Source of the DNA: Antedon mediterranea
Taxonomy: Eukaryota; Animalia; Echinodermata
Length of the DNA: 64,000 bases
Assembly: GCF_964355755.1 (NCBI RefSeq)
Contig: NC_092670.1
Span: 9,600,201-9,664,200 of the forward strand
Direction: 5' to 3'
Each line of letters starts with the position of its first letter. Position 1 is the stretch's first letter. Below the pieces are notes generated by a model that ran no database searches, was not told the origin of the DNA, and saw only the letters and a list, made by a program, of their open reading frames with translations. Both the position numbers and the translations under genes were made by a program. Below are positions 35,948 to 50,900 of this stretch, piece by piece.

Positions 35948-38900
35948 ATGGAAGCAAAAGCGTCGGTATCCAAGGATGAATCTGTCTTACGAGATCTACA
36001 ATTCCAGTTAAAAAACGCACATATCAGCTTACCAAAATTATCTACGTTGGCCCAAAAAGGAGATGAAATGGTATGCTTTAAATAAAGACAGTAATATAGG
36101 CTAGAGTACCTGGGATGCAAGGATAGAATAGGAAAAAAATGGACGGTGCCAAACCAAAATGTTCAACATGCATGATAAATTTTTTAATATTAAAAAGGTC
36201 ATGATTGTGGGACCTCCTCTCCTGTCAATAAAAACTAAAATCCTAAAAAAAAAAAAAATTAAGCCACTTTATTGGCTGTTAACCTTTTTAGTCAGTTGAG
36301 CATTAAATAATAATTATACAGTTCATTATAATGCACCGCAGCGGCAAAGCGCTTTTTTTTGGTATGGAAAAATTATAAATACGAATAATTTCAACTATAC
36401 TTCTCAACCAATCGTGTTGTATTATATGCATTACTGGAATATTATTAGCAATGAACACATTACTTGCACTGTCGATTCCTACTACCCCTCCCCCCTCCCT
36501 CCTAGGCCTAGCCCTAGGCCTGCTCTAAGAGTTAGGCCTAGCCTAGCCTAGTATGCAATGATGAATTTTTGTTGATTTTTTTTAAGTTTGGACATTCTCG
36601 AAACCTATTTGGGAGAAAAAATATCACATCACAGCTGAAAGTATTTTAATTTCTTTTCTCTATTTTCTGGCTGGGTTATCAGACAACCAGAACCACTGGC
36701 GATTGGGCCAATAATTTAAATTAACAACCTGAAAGTCCTATCTCTGCCTAACACCTAAATATAATCAACTTAAACCTAAACTCATACTGAATTAACACAA
36801 TTCTTCCAAAGAAATCTATTAATAAATTATCAAAACCTAAAAAACTGGGCCCGATTGTCCACGTTTTCGATCGTCTGTTCCCCTCCCCTTTGTACAACCA
36901 ACTCTGTAAATACAGTAGTTTTAAATGGGTTTTAGCTGGTTTGTGCAGCAGACAGCATTTTTTATTGTTTGAATTTATTTGCAGTTAGTGGAAAAATTTA
37001 TGACAGAATGTGTGGCAGTTGAAGGTGATGATAAGGCTGTAAAACAAAGTCAACTCTACATAGGTGAGGATTGGTTTTCATATGGAGCCTGTGATTGGTC
37101 AGTTACATCCTGATGACTCGTAATATTTTGCCGATGTCCTTGACTGCCTCCAAGTCCGTATAATCTTTTGATTTCTAATTAATGTATTTTTGTATTATTA
37201 CAGCCTCATTTTGGGGTTTCCATGATGTTGTGAAATCTTTGATTGATAGTGGGGCAGAGATTAATTATCAGAATAAAGGAACACTGTGGACACCATTACA
37301 TGCAGCTACCTTTCAAGAACATGGAAAGGTATTAACAGAACATCCGATTATTTATTATACAACAAATAGTTCATTTTCACAGAAAGTTAGCCATTGTATT
37401 TGACTTTACCCATTCAGTACAAATAATGAATGTTCATGAGTGTAATGGTACAAATAATGGCATGAGATGAATGATGAAAGGTTATATTCAACGAGGCGAA
37501 GCCAAATTGAAATATAACCTTTTACATGAATATAAAACATTAATTATTATGACATTCTAATTGATAAGCTAAATTATTTTAACATTAAAGTCAACTTGTA
37601 ATACAATGGTTTAAAAATTACCTTAACCCTCTTAGTACCAAATTCCCAAAAGAGAGCCATTTCCCCTCAACCATATTCTTTTCAGAACAGCATTTTTTCA
37701 CACTGCTGCTTTAGCCAGCTACGTCCCATGAGGACTACTCATTCATAAGCAAAAGCAAGCAGCAGTTATAGTATCTAAGGCCGACAGTTTTGCGACTTTG
37801 TAAACTCGACTATAATTTATAGATCCCAACTGCTGGACCCAAAAAACGTCTGCGAAAAGAGAGTCTATGAGGGCTCACGGTTGAACGATTTTGGATTCTC
37901 TCGATTGGTTGACGCGAATCAACAGACTGGGAAGAATTTTCGTGAAGTCACGTTGTCTCTAGAGGGTATTCAGTTGCATGCCAACAGGTTGAGGACACAC
38001 AGACAGCACATTAAAGTTCAAAATTGACTATTTTTAAATGGGCATGTGAATCATAATTAAAGAACTATCTTTGATTTGTATGTATTTTTGCGATTAAAGG
38101 ACATCTTTTTAATAAATAAATATATATATATCTGAAGAAAGAACAATGATTAACTTTAAAATGTTGAGCAGTGCTTTTTGTTAAGAATATTTCTCGTTTA
38201 CTATTCCAGAGAGTTGAAATTTTTGAAACAGTAATTCCATCATTTTATCATAAATGTATGAAAATATGTTTCTAAAAAACAAATATTCCTTAATAAATTT
38301 CCTGTAAAATGATGTATAATGTATATTTTTATGATTTATTTTTATTTATGAATTCTATGAATTAAAAAAATTATAATTTTCAAAATGAAATTTCCAAGAA
38401 ATTGCTTTAAAAAAATTGTATAAAAACGATAATAAAATGATATTTAGAAAACCCTAAAAAACAAATATTTATAATACATACCTATAAATTTACATTTACT
38501 TGAACAAAAGTAATAAATTAGGAGAGTTAGATCCGAGTTATTTTATTCAAATTAACCGCCATCGAATAATCTCAGCCTAGGCCCAATCAAACCATACTAT
38601 CACCATCGTTAGTCTGAGCATGCCCACTATAAGCAAGTTACTCAGGCGAGTAAATTCTGACAATGTGCTGCATGGGCCTACTGTACAAAAAATCCTTCTC
38701 GCGTTGCACATTTTTCAACAAAGGAGTATCCAGACAGTTTATTTTTGTGCCATTAATGTTGAAATTTAATTCAGAATAATTTATTTTAGCTAATTTTGTG
38801 TGCGTTCCTATAAATTTACGTTTTTACAAATGTATTGATTTGCGATGAATGGAACATTCCAATCTCTCAGTCTGCCAGTTTGGTTTAACACAAGTAGGTA

Positions 38901-41900
38901 AATTTATGAGCCCTTGGAGAATAAACTTGCAATACTTTGACAATACGCGTCAGTGCGGTAATATATTATATTTATTTGGATTTTATAAACACACCTACTG
39001 TAGTGTTATTTATGTCAACAAACGACCAAACAATAGGCCTACCAAGGCTAAAATGCCTATGCATGCCTAGCCTAATATTCTATCTAGGCCTATTAGCTAC
39101 AGCTTGAAGGCAGCAATACCAAATACTAAACTTCGACAGGCAACTGGAACTCATCTAGGCTAATTATGTTTTTTACAACAATTCCATGTCTTGTAGGTCA
39201 GTTCCCATTAATGAATCATAATTATACGCACGATCTAAAGCTAATTTAAATGCCTTTTTGATCTAAATTAATACATACAGTATCTCTCCAAAATTGTACT
39301 TCCATCGTGAAACCAGTCATAATCTTCGTGGGCGGCGAAAGTACAAAATAGGTGGCGCTGTTGTATTTCAAAAGCAATAGTAAAAAAAAAATATTTTCCA
39401 AAGACGAAAAGATTTTTTTTTTGTACACAAAAAAAATTACTATTAAACAACCGTGACCCACAATCGTCCAATCAAATTTATTTAGGTGTTATATAAAAAC
39501 AAATAACCAATATATTCCAATACACAGAACTGTGTTATACATTACAATAGAGAGAAATGGCGAACCGCGATGACGTCACTCAAATTTCACCGAGTGGGTA
39601 TAGATTGTAAACAAACCATTTCGCCACATGTTTTTGTATGGGAAATTCCGATGGGTTGAGTTAAAAAGGAAGGTAGAAAAGAACGTTTAAAACACACATA
39701 ATAGCAGTATCTTTTTTTTTTGCAACACCCTTAACAATTTTAATGTTATATGGGCAAATCTTAACATATTTTATTTTAATTTGGATTGAATTAAGACTCG
39801 TTTTTGTTATATACTGTACCCAGCTCTAGGCCCTAGATAGTTGGCCTGTATGCTGTAGTACCTCGAGCCTAGCACGGATTATTGGTTATTATAATAATAA
39901 TAATATTGGAAATTCGTTATTGCATACTGTATACTACTACTTTAGCTGCTAGGGTGCTGCTAGGCCTCTCCTAGCTAGGTAGTAGACTAAATAGAGCACC
40001 TCTAGTAGATGTAGGCCTAGCATTAGTTTCAGCTTGAAAACTGCCATTTTGTTATGTGGCTAGTGATGCTTCAGTCTAATGTAGACCAACAGATATGAGA
40101 TATTTTTAGGAATATGATTGTGAATGATGGATGACTTTTATACATATTTCATTGTTTTATTGTGTAAATATACAAATACAACAAGAATTATGAGCGTTAC
40201 AGCAACAACATTGGTTAGACGACGCCATAATTCACGTATAAACATAGGAAATGTGTCGCCCTCAACGGTTTGTTATGATTTTATACCCACTCGGATTTTA
40301 GACGTCGGTTCGCCATTTCTCTCTATTGAGGTATAGATTCTGTATTTATTGTATCAATTTGCTTTTCTTTAGGTTGTCATGTTACTACTGGAACAGGGTG
40401 CTCAACCAGGTTATGCAGATGCCGAGGGCAGGTAAATTTGACATTTAATTAAAATGAAGTGTTTACCAATAGTTGCACATATTATATATACTGTACCACC
40501 AGGGATGTATGTTGAAACTTTGTTATTATTATTATTAGTTTTATACAGTAGCACACACTAATTTTTATTAAATTATTATGTTGTTTCCATCTTAAAATGA
40601 ATGTCGAGGGCTAGGTCATGTAAAGATTTGCGTCCCGTCTTCCGGCCGCTAAATGGAATGACACTACCATTGTTATTAAGGAAGGTTGCATCTTCTGGTC
40701 TTCCTGTGACTGACTCACACAGCTTGTGAGTTTAAAAATAGTGCACTTACAGTATTTTGTATCATGTGACCCACAATCATCCAATCAAATCAAATGAATA
40801 TCTATTCAGGTGTTACAGTATTAACTGTTGGGGGTAAGTAATGCATGACACACAATAAGAAAAAAGAATGAATAAAGTCACAACTTTTCTACTCTTTAAT
40901 GGAATACATGCAAAATAAAGTATTTATAAAAATTGTGATCACAATTTCATTTTGCATAGTAAGTTCAATTGTGATTCCTCATGTGTATTTTATGTAGTAA
41001 GGCACATAAGTATATGCAATTAAAAAATTAAATATATATCTCAGAATACAGTATATAATATTATATTGATGGATGGATTGATCCTGTAAGGATGACCTTT
41101 TGACTCCTTAGTATGTTGGTACCTTTCACACACCACAGTTCGCCCTCCAGAGAACTTTTGACACTGTCTGATAATTTGTTAATTATCAGTAATCTGGAAA
41201 ACACATTTTTCTATCAATATTGAAAAGATTCGACATTAGATAATTAATAAATACAATCTATTTCTCAAGTTTCAACTTGTATAATACAATCTTGGTTCTA
41301 ATCGTGGTATGGGCGCAGACATTTTTGTTCGGAAATCAAATTGAATTATTATATTAAAAATTTTAAGGGTCAATTTGTTAAATTAATCAGAGGCTGATAA
41401 TATTTCACAGAACACAAAGTAGTGATTTTACTGTGTGCATAATTGAAATGCTTGTATTAAATCAATAGTGGAAATATTTCTGTAATTCTAAGAATTTTTT
41501 TTATAATTATCAATAAGTTCATGAGTGGAATATTTCATCATTAATGATCTTGTTACATACAGTAGGTAACACATTTAGATTGATGATTTAAAATTACTGG
41601 TATTGTTTTCAATGGGAGAGATTCTAATTTGAAATGAATTGAAAGAGACATCAGAATTTGTTTTTGTGTAATGAAAAAAATACTTACTATTAGTTTTACT
41701 TCATAGTTCTCTTGTACCAGGTACTCCTGCAAGTACAAGAATAATGGAATAAGAATAAAAGATTATTAGTTAAGTCCGGGTCAGGATCAGAAGACTAATT
41801 TTTGAGCATTTGAAGGTCACTTAACATACTCATTTAGGAGTGTGGGATTCAATTTGAGCATGGACTTTACTGAACATTATAATATTTATTTCCTTAAGGG

Positions 41901-44900
41901 AAAGAGAAATCCACAGTTCTGATCAAATAAGTAGTACCAAAAATAAGAACTAAATTTGATTTATTTCACTATTAGTATTACCATACAGTAGCTAGTAAGT
42001 ACCAGGAGAGAATCTAAAATTTCGGAAATAATAATAGATTTTCAATAAGCCTACAGTAGTACTGTTGCTTTCAAAACAACAACAAACAAATCTTACTGTT
42101 TAAAAATATCAATATCATGGCTAGAAGAAGTAACAGTGATATTATTAAACATAACAACACGTTAAGACATCTGTCTCCACCAAAACCACCTCTGAGGATA
42201 AGATACCCGTCTACCCTTTCTTTCTGTAATATTTTAAAAAATCACAATATTCAGTATGCCTACATTTACATATGTTTAAAAAGATGTTCAAGAAAGAAGT
42301 GTTAGGGTGGCATTAGGAGCTAGGACTAAACATTCATTACAGTATTTGTAATACATATTTATTTATTTTATTTATTTATTTTATTTAATTTTATTTTAAA
42401 ATAAAATAAATAAATAAAATAAATATGTATTACTTCCACACTAACACACACACATATGAAATCCGTCACAAAGAATGGACTATTTTAATGCCCTTCCAAT
42501 TTAACACAAGCTGTTACAATCGCTAATGTAGAACGATCAACAGCTAATGTAGTAACGGAAATTTCCTCACAGCTAATGTAGTTACTATCATCAGCAAATG
42601 TAGAATTATTATATATTTTAAAAACCTTTGTCTTAATCAACTGCTTCTCGTGACCTATCATAAATACTTCCCTCTTAACAGACCACCTCTCATAAGGCCA
42701 AAAAAAAAAGTTTATGTTGCATACCCAAAAATATAGGGTAGGTAGGTAAGTAGGGTTTTTTTTAAATATTTTGTTAAAATTCCCTTCAAATTTCCATACT
42801 CTCCTAAACTAAGAATTCTGGAGTTTCCCAGCCGTAGGAATTTTTGTCAACAGGGCTGTTTTTATATAGTGGTCATACTCACGACTGGTGGTGGAGAGAG
42901 TTTGTAGAAGGATGCTGATGCAGCTGAAACCAAACCAAACTGGTTGGAATTTTCAGAGAACTATTTCATTATTAAAAGATTTAAAAACCAGAAACAGAAT
43001 TAAATCAACTGCGCTATCTAAATAATATATCATTTTAGTCTTCGCAAAATAATATATTTGTATTTGTATGTTTTATTTATCAAAATAAAAAACAATTGGT
43101 TGGGACTTGTTCATGGGCTTGCTGTAAAGGAGGCGTTTCTCCAATTCCGCACTGGATGCACTATTATTACAGTAGTGATCGACTAGAGAAACAAATTCCG
43201 CTATTGAATTCATTTTTTTTTCTTTTTTCTTCTTTAAAGATGTATTGTCCCTTGAAACACAAAAAATGAAGGTCAAAATATTCTAAATTTAAATTGGCTG
43301 TATCAAAGTAATATTAAAGTTATTCACTTTAAGTCGAAAATTCGAGCTAAAAACAACAAGTTTACGTAATTAACAGGTAAATTAATTTGATTACATTTCA
43401 TTTGGAAAATCGTCGCGAGCGAAAGTAAACAAAGATTTCAAACTACGAGTATGCATGGTGCTAATTAGGATTGTTTACAATTCATCACGGTTGAGAAGGT
43501 GTTTTCACACAGATTGCGAGGAAGTTTATGATTATGCATACAGAGTAGCCAAAACAATGAGATATGTTTTGATCGAAAACTTTGACTGGAAATCAAAGTT
43601 ATTTTTTGAACAAAAAAACGTCTGTATTTCAGTTAAATGATTTTTTTTTCGACTCATTTTTGAGTCAAAAATTATTATGATGCTTCAAAATGATCCACTT
43701 TTGTCAAAATCTTTTATTTTTTATTTTTTGGGAATTAGTCAATGGGACAATACATCATATAAAAATGTCAGGTGTATTTTTAAGGTCAGTTGCATTATGC
43801 CAACAGAAGGTTTTTTTTCCTAAGCTACCACCTTTTTTGGAAATAAGTATTGGATTGGCTGCCATAAGATTGGATCTCCTGGTGAATTTATTAAATTATT
43901 AAAATGAACCTTGAGTCTATTTGGTGGTCGCTTACGAGAAGTGTCTTTTACGTTGAGTGGTTTTTGGGAGAGGTGATGGGTGCTTGCTTACTATAGATGG
44001 TCGCTTTAGGGAGGTGGTCGCTTAAATAAAGATTTTGTAAAAAACATTACTTCTACTTGCTGGTGATAACAACTACATTAGTTATGAGATAAGTTTTGTT
44101 ACTACACATTTAAATAGCTGTTGTATAAAATTGTATTGACATTTCTGATGTTTACGTAACCATGTACAGTAATTTTTTTTACAAATAATAAATTATTAAA
44201 GACCCATTCCCTACAATTTGTACATTTTGTAAAAATAATGCATATATATTACTTTAAAAACATTAAACCAGGTCATTCCTTGTCTTAAATGTACGTTTTA
44301 TGGTAAATTATGATAAAAAGAGAGAAACAATGCACTACCTAAGTAGCTTGCCGTCTTTAGGCCTAGCCTATTTATTCATAGATTCTAAACAACGAGGTGA
44401 ACTTTTTTTTAATTACATATTCTGGAAGTTGATGAGTTGTAGATATCGGATCATGAATCGATATGGCTAACCGGACATTGTGACGTCATCGTATGGCCAC
44501 ACGAATGTAAAATATAGGATTTTTGTCTCTTTCGTTATTGCTCATAATATTCAATGGAGCGCATCACGCCTATCTGTATTCCGTTTTCTCCGAGATTTTA
44601 ATATTGTCTAGGTCAATCAACTATCTTACGCATGAGTTAAAAATATTTTAATTTTTATGACGTCATCATGCCTAAAAATTATAATTAATAGGGTCATTAA
44701 TTTCATCTTTACAGTAAATTTTAATCTGTTATAGCTCGTAAGATTAAAACGTTTTCTGGAAGCTATTGGACTGTAGATACGAATTAATGTGAACATTTTG
44801 CCAATCGGATGTTGTGAAGTCATCATATGGCCAGTTAAATAAAAAAAGTCGTATTTTCATATTTTGCGTCATAGTTCATCACATTTAAACGAGCACGCAT

Positions 44901-47900
44901 CCATATTCTACGTATTCAAATTTCTTCTACGTTAATATGTTGTTGGTGAGATAATGTCCTTCCGAAATTGCTATCTTAGTGTTTAATTTTAATACCGTCG
45001 CCATGTTAAAAATTGGAATAAATGGTGGGTCCCGTAATTTCACCTATTCTACACTGTATGTAATAGGTATACAGATTATACTGTATATACTATATGACAC
45101 AAAATAGCACTAACAATATATGATATTCTTCAGTTCAGGTCATAATGCCATAATCTTTTTCTGTGTGCAATATTCCAACGTATGACGTGCACGTGGCGTT
45201 TCTCGTGCGGATAACTAACTCGTCAAAGTGACGAGTTTCATGTCTAGTTAAATTTGATTTTTAAAAAATTAAAGTAAAGACATCTTTTATTTTAATGTCT
45301 CTTATTGTATATTTGAAGAATTTTTTCGCTTTTCATTGATCATAAACTTAAAGACCCCTTCCCTGCAATTTTGGACGTTTTTTGGAAAATAATACATATA
45401 TATCACTTTAAAAACATTAAACCATGTCATTCCTTGTCTTAAATGTACGTTTTATGGTAAATTATGATAAAAAGTGAGAAACAATGCACTACCTAAGTAG
45501 CTCGCGGCGATCGACCTCTCGTGGACGGTCTCAGGCCTAGCCTAGCTAGGCTTAGTTTTGTAGGCCTAGCTGGTAAACATCGGTAACGTACGAACATCGT
45601 ACGCTAGCTATATACCTAGCCTGACGTTGTATAGTTGCTGCATTAATTGTCTTTCTATTTTTGCCAGACTCCGTTGATACAAATTGGGGAAAACCCGGTA
45701 TTTTCGCTGAAAAGTTAGGAGTCTTCCATTTGTTTTGGCTTCACGATCGATCGAAAAGTGGGCGAATTACAGGTGAAAAACAAAAATATCAATCCGCGCG
45801 CAATGCATTTTGGGATTTATAGCGGGCCGCTATAATTATTAAAATCGATTTATTTTTCACATTTTTAACCGTTTAAAGACAAAAAAAGTTATCGCAATAG
45901 GACCATATAGTATTATTTTTACATTAAATATAGTTTGTGATCTTAAATTAGATCTAAAAAACGTAGGGAATGGGGCTTTAAGAGATTCAACTCACTTTGC
46001 AATCCTGCTGCTGTCCCGCCCAACAATCTATGTATGTGATTGCATCCCATGCTGAAAGTGAGAAATCTGGATTACAACATTTCCCACTGTAGAATTTGAA
46101 TGCTTTAGCATTCAATTCGCTTACTAGCATTCACAGTGTAACAGTGTACCAATATTTGAATGTGGCTAAGCCAAAGCTTTGGTAAGGGTACTGCTTACGG
46201 CCCCAGCTTTGTTCTTTTAACTAAAAGCTATGCTGTACCCTAAAGGCTTCAACGAATTACAATAGTGAGTTAAGAAGTTTCATTTCAAATACAGTCGACT
46301 CCGCCTAAGTCGAATTTGCGTAAGTCGAAAAATCGCGAAAGTCGAATTTTTATGAAAGTCCCAATTCTTTCCTATACATTACTGTGTAATTAGGTGATCA
46401 TTTAGAATAAAATGATCACCTATTGTTATTGTATGAAATCTTTATTTTTTAGTTATCCGCTTAGTAGCGGATAACTCCTTGTAACTGTCCTGTTTCATCA
46501 TCTTTTTTTTTTTTTTTTTTTTCTGTATTCTTCTTTCTTTCTGTCATTTTTGTGTCTCGCGTAACTCAAAAACGTGTAAACATAACATTTCATAACTTTG
46601 TCAACATGTGGGCATTTACGTGAAATTGTGCACCTCCTATTTTTGAATGACGTCAGAGTTGCGCAACATGACTTACGCGCGTTTTTCCGAATTTTGCGTA
46701 TTTAACATAGATCGAAAACCATATAACAATTTAAATTGAAACTGAAAAAAAAGTTTAAGTTATATCTTGCGCTAACTGACTATGGGGAAAAAATGGCATG
46801 TTTCACACGAAGTTACGCGCGCACGCGCGTTTAAAATTTTAAATTGCGAAAAATCAATTTCTAATCAACTTTCTACGCGTTTCATGTCATTTTAAGCATG
46901 TAAAAAATTCCCACTCGCGCGCTTTTTTTTACGCGCGCGGTGCGAACGTAGCGTTGAAAACAATTTTTCTCTCGTGATTTATGTTTTCAAGCCTTTTATA
47001 GTAATTTTACCAACTTTGAAACAATTTCGACTTCAAATTACGTCATACGGGCACGTCGAATTGGATAATTTATGTGCGTTTTTTAGGAAAAAGTTCAAAA
47101 ATTTGTCAAAATTATACAGTACCTTTTTTTAAACAATCATAGATTCTAAACTACGAGGTGAACTTTGTTTAAATTACATATCCAGGAAGATGATAAGTTG
47201 TAGATAAGGAATCATGCATTGATATGGCAAACCGGACATTGTGATGTCATCGTATGGCCACGCGAATATAAAATATAGGATTTTGGTATCTTTCGTCATA
47301 GCGCATCTCATTTAATAGAGCGCCTCTCCACTTATCCGTATTCCATTTTAACCCAGATTTTGAAATTTTCTAGGTCAATCAACTATCTTACGCAAGAGTA
47401 AAAATTTTTTTAATTTTTATGACGTCATCATGTCTAAAAATGTAAATAACGTGGGTCACTTATATTTATCTTTACAGTAAATTTTAATCTGTTATAGCTC
47501 ATCAGAATAAAATGTGATAATCACGATTAAAACGTTTTCTGGAAGCTATTGGATTGTAGATACGAATTCATGTAAACATTTTGCCAATCGGATGTTGTGA
47601 CGTCATCATATGGCCAGTTGAATAAAAAAAGACGTATTTTCATATTTTGCGTAATAGTTCATCACATTTAAAAGGGTGCGCATCTATATTTTACGTATTC
47701 AAATTTCTTCTACACGTTAATATGTTGTTCCTGAGATAATTTCCTTCTGAAATTGCTATCTAAGTGTTTCATTTTGATACCGTTGCCATGTTAAAAATTG
47801 GAATAAATGGCGGGTCCCGTAATTTCACCTATTCTACACTGTATGTAATATGTATACAGATTATACTGTTTGCATGTATATACTATATGACACAAAATTG

Positions 47901-50900
47901 ACAGAATTCAGCACTAACAGCATATCATATTCTTCAGTTCTTGTCATAATGCCATAATCTTTATCTGTGTGCAATATTCCAACGTATGACGTGCACGTTG
48001 CGTTTGTCGTGGTGCGGATAACTAACTCGTCAACGTGACGAGTTTCATGTCTAGTCTTTTTATTGTTTCTGTACACTATTTTGTGTAACAATTATCTCAA
48101 AAAGTTTAATGTCAATGATTACCAAAATTTCAGAATATCTTTCAAATAATATAACTTAATCCTAATCAGCTTTCCAGCGTGATCACTCATCCGTGACGTC
48201 ATTTATACGCCATTTTGTGAAATCACATTATCAATCATATCTCCATAATTCATTATGACATATTAATGAAATTCACTACAGGTAAACTTCAGGTCAAGGG
48301 TAAAAATATTAGCAAATAAAAAGTTGCGCGTTCCAAGGTCATGCACGTGAAATCGCGCGTTAAAAATTTAAAACGCCCAAAATTAGGTTTTGATCAATTT
48401 AGAGCATGAATTAGGCCATTTGCGCGTTTCAAAAAATTACTGCGCAAAATGCGTTTTTGTGCGCACGATTCTTAAAATGCGTAAAAAATAAAATTTGATG
48501 TATAAATCACATTCTACTCACAATCCTTAGTACATTCACCAATTTTGAGTCCATTCCGACTTAAAATAACGCTATTTTTGCACACATTTTAGTATGTGCT
48601 TGCTCAATTAATTATCTTTCTCATAAGTTGTCAACATTTTTATTTTGATGACGTCATCACGCGTAAAAACTTGAATAACTTAGGTCGTGTAATTTCAGCT
48701 ACACCATACATTTGAATATCTTATAGCTCCTCAGAATTAAAGGTGACCTTGAAGATTATAATTTATTATGAAAGCTGATGAAATGTAGATATGAATTCAT
48801 ATAAAAATTAAGCCTATCGGATGTTGTGATGTTATCATATGGCCAGTTGAAGTTAAAAAGTAGTTTTTAAATTTCTTTAGTCGAAGTTATACAAATTTCA
48901 AAGAGCGCGCATTGCGCTTCTACGTGTCAAATTCTCTTCCAATCCTTATATTTATTTGCTCAATTCATTATCTTTCGAAATTGTCATCTTCGAGTTTATT
49001 TTGATAATTCCATCATACCAACAAATTTGAACTTGATGTGTGTCCCATAATTTCACCTATGCTACACTGTATATAGATATACAGTATATACTGTACATTG
49101 TATATGGCATATAATAGGCATAACTCAGCAATATAAGCGTATAATAGGATGGCATACATCAACATTTTCCTATCGTATGTTAACGTACGTACATGTTTAA
49201 AAAAAATTAATTTTATTAAAATGATAAAAATGATCACCTATAATTCGTCAAAGTGACGAATTAAATTCTAGTTTTTATTTGTAAGTCGAATTTTTCTAAG
49301 TCGAAATTCGTCTAAGTCGACGTCTTTTTGCGGTCCGCATACACACATTCTTTAGTGATTTATATTATATCGTATAAGTCGAAGTCACAAATCACGCGGC
49401 AACAACGCGCTAAAAAAGCCGATGAAACGTACGTAATTCGATAAACAAACGACAGAGGGGATAATGTGGGACCATATCGGTTCTCTCAAGCAGGTTGTAT
49501 AGTATAGTATAGGCGGCGTCCTACAACTCGCGCTAGTGTATAGTGTATGAGTCGAGTTGTTTCAGAGTTGAGAACTTGAGCGGCATTTTGTGGGTACCCA
49601 TTTTGTGCTAGACAGATGGCAATAAATAATGGATACCAATTTCGAATAAGAACCGAAATGTATTTACTGTATCATACGTTTTCGTATTGTTTCGGGCTTA
49701 AACCATAAAAGAAAATTCAGTTTATCATTGCTTAGCATTTATTAGGCCTAGCTAGCTAGCTAAGCAAACTCAATTCAAGAAGGCTCATCGCGTGGGCCGC
49801 GATCGCGACAGGGCAGGGTCTACTACTACTCTAGGCCTAGCCATATCGCGGCTAGTGAGTGAGCCTAGGCCTAGCATTTTTTTTGCAAATCTGTAAGTCG
49901 AAGTTCGCGTAACTCGAATTTTTATACCGGTCCCATTAGATTCGACTTAGGCGGAGTCGACTGTATTTATTTTGAGTGAGATAATTGTTGACTTTAATAT
50001 TAGGCTGGCTTTGGTTGGAACATGGCGTTGTTCTTTTCAATACAGCCATAATAATAATACACGCCCAAAGCTAAGATGGTGAAAATTACTCATTCTATTT
50101 TAGTTTGTTGAACTTCTTGAAGCAACTATTAGCAATCAAATATATACAATAAACACTTACCGTTTGAATTTGGGATATTATTGGGGTATCTATTCATCTT
50201 GTAACTCAGTTCTCTTATTTAAATGAATGCACATGAGTTCCTCACACAGCCATGGCTTTGTGCTTTGTTGTTGTTAAATTGCGCCCTCAATGTAAGAAAA
50301 TGATGACGTCATCGGTCATTTAAGCGTACGTTAAATCAAGGGAACGTAAAATCAGGGTACGTAAAACGAAGGTTCTACTGTAGTTTGATAGTAAGGGTAA
50401 ACTTTATATACATTGGAATGCACCAAAATTTACACCAACATGCATGCTATACATTTTATAAATCAGTCACAACCCTAAAGAATATGCCATTTTAATGAAG
50501 AATGGATCATCAATAATAATTGGGGAGACAGAAAGGTTTCACCTGCACCCTCTAGCAAACTATGTTTTTTTGCAAAAAATTGGGATGCTTGGTCAGTACA
50601 GGGGCCAAAAGGTCAATATGGTCAAAGTTTGGACTGTGCGTAACTTGGTAACTACTGGGTGTATTGGAATATTGTTTGTGCCAAACTACTCAGAAGACCC
50701 ATATTTCTATTCACTCTAATGGGAAACTTTTGCCAAAAGTGGACGGAAACCCCTTTTCTGACCACTGGTAAAAAAATTGGCCATATGAATATCTTAGCAA
50801 CCACTGATCACAATTGACAATTGTGGTCTCAAATTACTCGGAAAGTATATGTTTATATTTGTTCTACATTACGTGTACAGCCCCATTAGAGAATGTGTTC

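Larger units (their letters stand above)
46292..49963. mobile_element. Tc1/mariner (pogo/Tigger-type) MITE interrupted by nested insertions
   Basis: TA|CAGTCGACTCCGCCTAAGTCGAA ... TTCGACTTAGGCGGAGTCGACTG|TA, with repeated internal TAAGTCGAA motifs. Confidence 0.85.

Noticed and set aside
37623-38530. piggyBac-like element starting TTAACCCTCTTAGTACC
   Set aside because: I could not identify a matching right TIR or any transposase remnant.
42640-44030. Degenerate mariner-like MITE with an inserted Kolobok-like piece
   Set aside because: Only scattered motifs (gaccacctct/ggtggtcgct and aggccaaaaaaa..gggtaggtagg) are visible, so boundaries cannot be supported.
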